IMG/VR virus record: IMGVR_UViG_3300008267_000004
Location: 96,001-160,000 of that record
Source of the DNA: a virus
Length of the DNA: 64,000 nucleotides
Direction: 5' to 3' (one strand)
Positions within the stretch are counted from its first letter, which is position 1, and each line of letters starts with the position of its first letter. The notes under the pieces are model-generated. The model saw nothing but the letters and a program-made list of their open reading frames with translations, had not been told where the DNA came from and ran no database searches. The position numbers were made by a program, and so were the translations under genes. Below, in pieces: positions 59,576-64,000 of this stretch.

Positions 59576-60988
59576 TTATTCTCCTACGGCTTTTCGTTCC
59601 TTACGAAAGCTCTTGTATTTTTGCTTTAAGTTCTCTTCTTGCTTTTTTGTAGCACTTTCAATAATTTCACTTGCTGTTTCCGTACTCTGAGATAGGACTT
59701 TAATCTTAACATTGCTTGTATCCATAAAAATAGGGAATACTAAACCATCGGGACCATTTCGATTCTTAGCAACGAAAATACGTCCCTCGTTTGTGTTCTT
59801 ATCTTTTATTGTTCTGGATACGGTAAAGATGAGGTCTGCAACGAAACACTTGTTAAAGGCTTCGCTAATTGACTCCATTGTGATGACTTCTGCGTTAAGC
59901 CCGCTTCGATTGGTTTGCGAGGCGGTCCATAATGTACAACCATATGTTTGTGCCAACCCTCTAAGTTCTTCATAGATGCTCTCCAACTCATTTCGTTTCT
60001 CTTTTTGTGCAGAGATAGGTTTAAGTAGATCGCCGTAGTCCACAATGACCATATCAATTTTAAAATCTTTACGTTTTAATTTCTCAAGGTGATTTTTAAT
60101 TGTATTTGTCGATGCAGATTTTGTAGGATACTCTTTAATAATAAGCTTACCCTGTACGTCTTTTACACCTTCCCATACCTGATCTTTTTGTTCTTTTACA
60201 TCAGATAATTGAATACCAGTAATACATGAATCGTAACGTAAAGCTACAACTTTATCTTGAAGCTCCAGAGTGTAATGTACCACGTTTAAACCTGCCTGTA
60301 AAGCCATCGCACCTAAATGTACAAGTGCCATAGATTTACCTGCGCCGGTTGGAGCAATAACTACACCTAGTTCGCCTCTGCCTAATCCACCTTTTGTAAT
60401 ATTATCAATTAGATCCCAGCCAGTTGTAATTGGATTACGAGCTACAATATCAAAACGCTTTTCAAAGTCAACAATAAAATCGTAACCATGATCATTGTCT
60501 GTGCCTAGTTTTAGAGCATCGTTGATAATTTTACTAATCTCATCATAAGATGAGTTTTGAATTAATCCAACACTTTTAATCATAGCTTCTTTTAGTTTCT
60601 GCTTTTTGCAGAAATCCAAAGATACGTCTTTAATGTGCTGTTCACCATCAAGTGAAAATTCATTAGATTGAATACGAGCATAGAAATCACGAACTTGTTT
60701 CTGTAATAGTTCATTCTCTTTCTCAATATCTGACCTAAGTATGGTTGTCATAGTATCGCGTGATGGGTGCGTACCATATTTTTTTCTATATGCAAAAACT
60801 TTTTCTACGAAAAGACGTAGATATTTTACATCTAGAAAGTTGATATCTAGAACTTCACTAATTTGATCACAAAACTGTCTATCGTCCAACATAAGTTGGA
60901 CTAGGTTCTCTTGAAACTTTGTTCCAAATTTTTCAAATGTAGCTTTTTCATTAACAAATGACATATATTTCTCCCAAATCATGTACAC
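59576..60988 (-). CDS. dnaB: replicative DNA helicase (DnaB/SF4)
   Basis: GGLGRGELGVVIAPTGAGKS, TLE, IVDYGDL, TASQTNR, AKNRNG. Confidence 0.92.
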   Translation of the reverse strand: MYMIWEKYMSFVNEKATFEKFGTKFQENLVQLMLDDRQFCDQISEVLDINFLDVKYLRLFVEKVFAYRKKYGTHPSRDTMTTILRSDIEKENELLQKQVRDFYARIQSNEFSLDGEQHIKDVSLDFCKKQKLKEAMIKSVGLIQNSSYDEISKIINDALKLGTDNDHGYDFIVDFEKRFDIVARNPITTGWDLIDNITKGGLGRGELGVVIAPTGAGKSMALVHLGAMALQAGLNVVHYTLELQDKVVALRYDSCITGIQLSDVKEQKDQVWEGVKDVQGKLIIKEYPTKSASTNTIKNHLEKLKRKDFKIDMVIVDYGDLLKPISAQKEKRNELESIYEELRGLAQTYGCTLWTASQTNRSGLNAEVITMESISEAFNKCFVADLIFTVSRTIKDKNTNEGRIFVAKNRNGPDGLVFPIFMDTSNVKIKVLSQSTETASEIIESATKKQEENLKQKYKSFRKERKAVGE

Positions 60989-61002
60989 TATAGCACAGGA
61001 AA

Positions 61003-61983
61003 TTAGCAGTTCTCAAGTACAATCTTTTTTAGGTGAATAAAAAGGTCGTCCAAATTTAAAGATGGGAATCCATCTTGTATCATCATACGGACAATATCTA
61101 ATTTATTAAATGTACATTCACTATTCTCTAATGCATAATCTATTTTTTGTGAATCCTGAATAGAAATATTGGGAATAGCTAACTGCATAATTTTGTAATT
61201 GTCTCTAATTTTATTTTGTTGCTCAAGAACACTACTATATGCTTTTACTTTAGATTCTGCGTTTACACAAAAATCTACTAATTCATCCACAGTATATGTT
61301 TTTTCTTCAGCAAGAATAGGAAAACGTTTGGCAACAGTTGGCAATCCAACTCCACCAATGCCTTCAATATTATCTGATTTATCCCCAGATAAAGCTCTAG
61401 CCAAACAGAAGTTATTTGGATGAATTCCATATTCTTCTATTATTTTTTTCTTGTTAAGAACTTCATGCTGGACAGGACGGTACAGAACAGTCGAATTATC
61501 ACATAACTGAATAAAATCTTTGTCACTAGATACAATTACCTTATTGTAGTTAGTCAATGTTTTATGATTAACTACGGCTGATATAATATCATCTGCCTCA
61601 ACACCGTCAAGCAGAAGTTGTACAATAGGCATAGCATTGATATATTCTACCAATCTAGTCATTTGCCAAATTTTATTATCTATTTCTTCATTTTCAGATA
61701 GATTTCTAATATTTCTATTTAGTCGAATCGGACTTCTGCCTTCTTTATATCCCTTATTCATGGATTTACGTTTAGAAGACCCACCTTTTCCATCCCAACA
61801 AATTACAACCCTGTTTGGGTTTGTTTCCCTAATTAATTTTTGTAAAATTTTTACAAAACCAGTAATTCCCCCAACAGGTTGACCATTGGAGGAAACACTT
61901 GGATCTACAACATATGCTCTAAAATAGTTATTATTACCATCAATTATAAGGACTTTTTTCTTATCCACTAATACCTCAAACAT
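61003..61983 (-). CDS. 5'-3' exonuclease / flap endonuclease (T4 RNase H / PolA N-domain-like)
   Basis: IIDGNN, CWDG, YKEGR, VEADD, SSDKDF, GDKSDNI.GI.GVG. Confidence 0.92.
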   Translation of the reverse strand: MFEVLVDKKKVLIIDGNNNYFRAYVVDPSVSSNGQPVGGITGFVKILQKLIRETNPNRVVICWDGKGGSSKRKSMNKGYKEGRSPIRLNRNIRNLSENEEIDNKIWQMTRLVEYINAMPIVQLLLDGVEADDIISAVVNHKTLTNYNKVIVSSDKDFIQLCDNSTVLYRPVQHEVLNKKKIIEEYGIHPNNFCLARALSGDKSDNIEGIGGVGLPTVAKRFPILAEEKTYTVDELVDFCVNAESKVKAYSSVLEQQNKIRDNYKIMQLAIPNISIQDSQKIDYALENSECTFNKLDIVRMMIQDGFPSLNLDDLFIHLKKIVLENC

Positions 61984-62100
61984 TCATCTCTATGAATGTC
62001 ACGTTGTAAAGTATTTCTACAAACTGAAGGAATTTCTTCCCTTCTTTCTTGTTTTTCTGTAGTAGCACATGAAAAAAATACAGTCAATAAAAGCAAATAT

Positions 62101-62349
62101 TTAATCATTATTTTCCTCAACAACGATAAAAGTTAAATCTGGGTCCATGTTTGAGGCCATCCTATTGTTCCTCTCGCTAACCTCAAGTTCAGCATATCTT
62201 TTTTCTGTATATCTAAGTGGTCTACCATCATAACTTTTAAGAGTTAAAAGATGCTCACCTGTATTTTTTGAATATAGCACTACATTATATAACATTATTC
62301 TTTCTCCTATGAAACTGGCATAACTTCTATAAACCCATATCCATCCCAT
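62101..62349 (-). CDS. hypothetical protein
   Basis: Start probably at MLYN (AGGAGA RBS). Confidence 0.55.
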   Translation of the reverse strand: MGWIWVYRSYASFIGERIMLYNVVLYSKNTGEHLLTLKSYDGRPLRYTEKRYAELEVSERNNRMASNMDPDLTFIVVEENND

Positions 62350-62549
62350 TTAACAATTCTAAATGGTGAATTTTCTGGGTGTGTCCTATTAACACGCTCA
62401 AGAACATGATTTAAAGTACTTGGCGGTAATCTTGCATTACAAGCGTCTACAATGTCTCCATCGCGATCAATGACCATATAACATGGATTTAATACCATTT
62501 TAATATCCTCTTTTCTTTCATGTACTCTATAAAAATATTTAAGAACCAT
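62307..62549 (-). CDS. hypothetical protein (paralog of 62539..62736)
   Basis: PCYMVID.DG.IV...SPF.IVKW.G. Confidence 0.6.
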   Translation of the reverse strand: MVLKYFYRVHERKEDIKMVLNPCYMVIDRDGDIVDACNARLPPSTLNHVLERVNRTHPENSPFRIVKWDGYGFIEVMPVS

Positions 62550-62736
62550 TATCTTTACTCCACTCTATAAATGTATAGCCGGTCCATTTAAAAACTTTAT
62601 AGGGTGAAACATCACTTGGTTTCCAATCACAATCTCTGTACGCAATTATATTACCCCATTTGTCCACTATCAGGTAGAATGGTTGTTTTGGACTCATTTT
62701 CTTTTCTCCAACGGCGCTGTTCAGCATGTTCATCAC
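62539..62736 (-). CDS. hypothetical protein (paralog of 62307..62549)
   Basis: PFYLIVD.WG.II...SPY.VFKW.G. Confidence 0.55.
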   Translation of the reverse strand: MMNMLNSAVGEKKMSPKQPFYLIVDKWGNIIAYRDCDWKPSDVSPYKVFKWTGYTFIEWSKDNGS

Positions 62737-63139
62737 AAAGAGTGATCATCCAACCATCATCTCTTGTTTTACCTTTTTGACCACATGTTTCACAAATTTT
62801 TCTGGACATGGCTTCCGCAGTAAATATCACGCCACGGTCAAATTCGTCACCTCCAGATACATAAAAACGTAGTCCACCAAACTTTTCTTTAATCTGAACA
62901 GCTTTTACTGGATAATACTCTTTTGTTTCTTGCTGCTTTCCCATTTTAATCAGAAGTTTTGTATTCGCTTCGTGACGTTTTTGGTTTGAAATTACACCAT
63001 CACAAATAGTAGTAATAAGATCATACCAGCCATCACCAATATCTAGGTAACATTTGGTTACAATTCCTGTGACTTCGCAGGTATCAGTAAGTACTGTAGG
63101 AAATTTATCGTATAGTTCGTTTGCTAGTTCTTCTTTCAT
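62651..63139 (-). CDS. conserved phage protein
   Basis: GDGW..LI, QIKEKFGGLRFY, CETCG..G...GW..TLC. Confidence 0.8.
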   Translation of the reverse strand: MKEELANELYDKFPTVLTDTCEVTGIVTKCYLDIGDGWYDLITTICDGVISNQKRHEANTKLLIKMGKQQETKEYYPVKAVQIKEKFGGLRFYVSGGDEFDRGVIFTAEAMSRKICETCGQKGKTRDDGWMITLCDEHAEQRRWRKENESKTTILPDSGQMG

Positions 63140-63494
63140 CTTTTTTCTCCGCTTTTCTTATGATCATTTGCTGAATAGCAAGAATCATCTGACCAATATC
63201 AGATGTTCCATTCATATATATTTCCTGTTTTTTATTTTTCTTAAAACAGTCGTCGCATGGAACATATCCCCATTGATCTAGCTTACGCTGATCTTTTTCA
63301 GATAGCTGTTGTTTGTACTCAAAATATGTTCTACCAGCAACAAAAACTTCCACACAACAGTCTGGGATGTTTGAGTAATTTCCTTCTATTCTGTTAAATG
63401 CGTCTGTTAGAAGTAATACTGTATCTGCTAAATTTTTGTCGTCTGACAAAGACGGCTTAAGATGCTTTCTCATGATTTCTTTAGACTTTGACAT
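63105..63494 (-). CDS. hypothetical protein
   Basis: YSNIPDCC...GYVPC..C motif. Confidence 0.65.
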   Translation of the reverse strand: MSKSKEIMRKHLKPSLSDDKNLADTVLLLTDAFNRIEGNYSNIPDCCVEVFVAGRTYFEYKQQLSEKDQRKLDQWGYVPCDDCFKKNKKQEIYMNGTSDIGQMILAIQQMIIRKAEKKDERRTSKRTIR

Positions 63495-64000
63495 TAAAAT
63501 CCTCTCGTAGTTTAAAAATTGCCAAGTTCTTGCTTTTTGCTTCTACATCAATATCTACAGTATCATCTCGCATATATTGCAACTGAAAGTCGGGAACGTA
63601 ATGGATCATTTGCGAGTGCGCTCTTCTATCGTTAAAGCCAGCATTTTCTTTGCCTGGTTCGGTGTTGGATAGATGTTGCAGACCTTTAATCTTACCCCAT
63701 GTAGAAAGCGCAAGATTAGATGCATCAATAGGTGTAAGACCTCCAGTATTGAAATTATGATGGTGAGAATCAAATACAACAGGCACACCGCAATGATTAT
63801 GAATCTGAACAAGATCAGTAACGGTATAGCTTTTTTCATCGTTTTCTAACGTTAGACGACTCTTTACAGACTCGGGTAATGACTTGATTACACTAATTAG
63901 CTGTTCCTTACGATTCGCTTTACCGCCATGAATGTTGATTGCATAGTAAGGTGTCCGATCAAAACCCATTTGGTCAAAAATCCACGCATGATATTCTAGC
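63481..64000 (-). CDS. uvsE: UV DNA damage endonuclease UvsE (5' truncated by window edge)
   Basis: Frame open to the edge (LEYHAWIFDQMG); INIHGG, RLTLENDE, PVVFDSHHH, HLS, DIDVEAKSK. Confidence 0.9.
   Translation of the reverse strand, partial: LEYHAWIFDQMGFDRTPYYAINIHGGKANRKEQLISVIKSLPESVKSRLTLENDEKSYTVTDLVQIHNHCGVPVVFDSHHHNFNTGGLTPIDASNLALSTWGKIKGLQHLSNTEPGKENAGFNDRRAHSQMIHYVPDFQLQYMRDDTVDIDVEAKSKNLAIFKLREDFNVKV

Noticed and set aside
724-63839. Plus-strand ORFs in the six-frame track (for example 724..963, 19073..19441, 24889..25422, 44227..44547, 50882..51337)
   Set aside because: They lie antisense to well-supported minus-strand genes, lack RBSs or recognisable motifs, and have the F/L/S/I-rich composition of shadow frames.
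1-64000. CRISPR array, integrase/transposon, or diversity-generating retroelement behind the ORF array
   Set aside because: No regularly spaced identical repeats, recombinase, transposase or reverse transcriptase, and no near-identical template/variable repeat pair was seen. Array members are similar only at the protein level.
1-64000. Stop-codon reassignment
   Set aside because: Long conserved genes are intact in the standard code, all three stop codons terminate coupled genes, and no suppressor tRNA is present.

Overview
This window is a segment of a large (jumbo-type) tailed dsDNA phage genome. It is AT-rich, uses the standard genetic code, and essentially every gene lies on the minus strand. 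(1) 1-9.4 kb: a tightly coupled tandem array of about 39 small (60-110 aa) paralogous ORFs with an SH3/KOW-like signature, interrupted by a zinc deaminase. (2) 10.3-15.1 kb: an operon of 26 CCA-ending tRNA genes, including an unusual Ser(AGA) and an atypical long-arm tRNA(UAU). At least four large structured non-tRNA elements are interleaved: one reproduces the uL11-binding domain of 23S rRNA with compensatory changes, and three share a covarying 40-nt motif. (3) 15.2-28.8 kb: early-type genes under a family of sigma70-like promoters with a conserved upstream TACTCTA box; these include a Gp88-like protein, a MoxR AAA ATPase with a VWA/metallopeptidase partner, and a SWIM protein. (4) 28.9-45 kb: a block in which many proteins carry a shared N-terminal [ILV]-x-E leader. 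It includes RNA end-healing enzymes (HAD, two PNK-like kinases, a 2H phosphodiesterase), a protein-kinase-like fusion, two nuclease-fold proteins, Hsp20, GroEL and ClpP. (5) 45-64 kb: replication and nucleotide metabolism genes (IMPDH/GMPR, dUTPase, DnaE, ThyX, GroES, a class II RNR broken by an internal deletion and frameshift, thioredoxin, DnaB-like helicase, 5'-3' exonuclease, UvsE). All assignments were made by eye from motifs; no database search or folding program was run.
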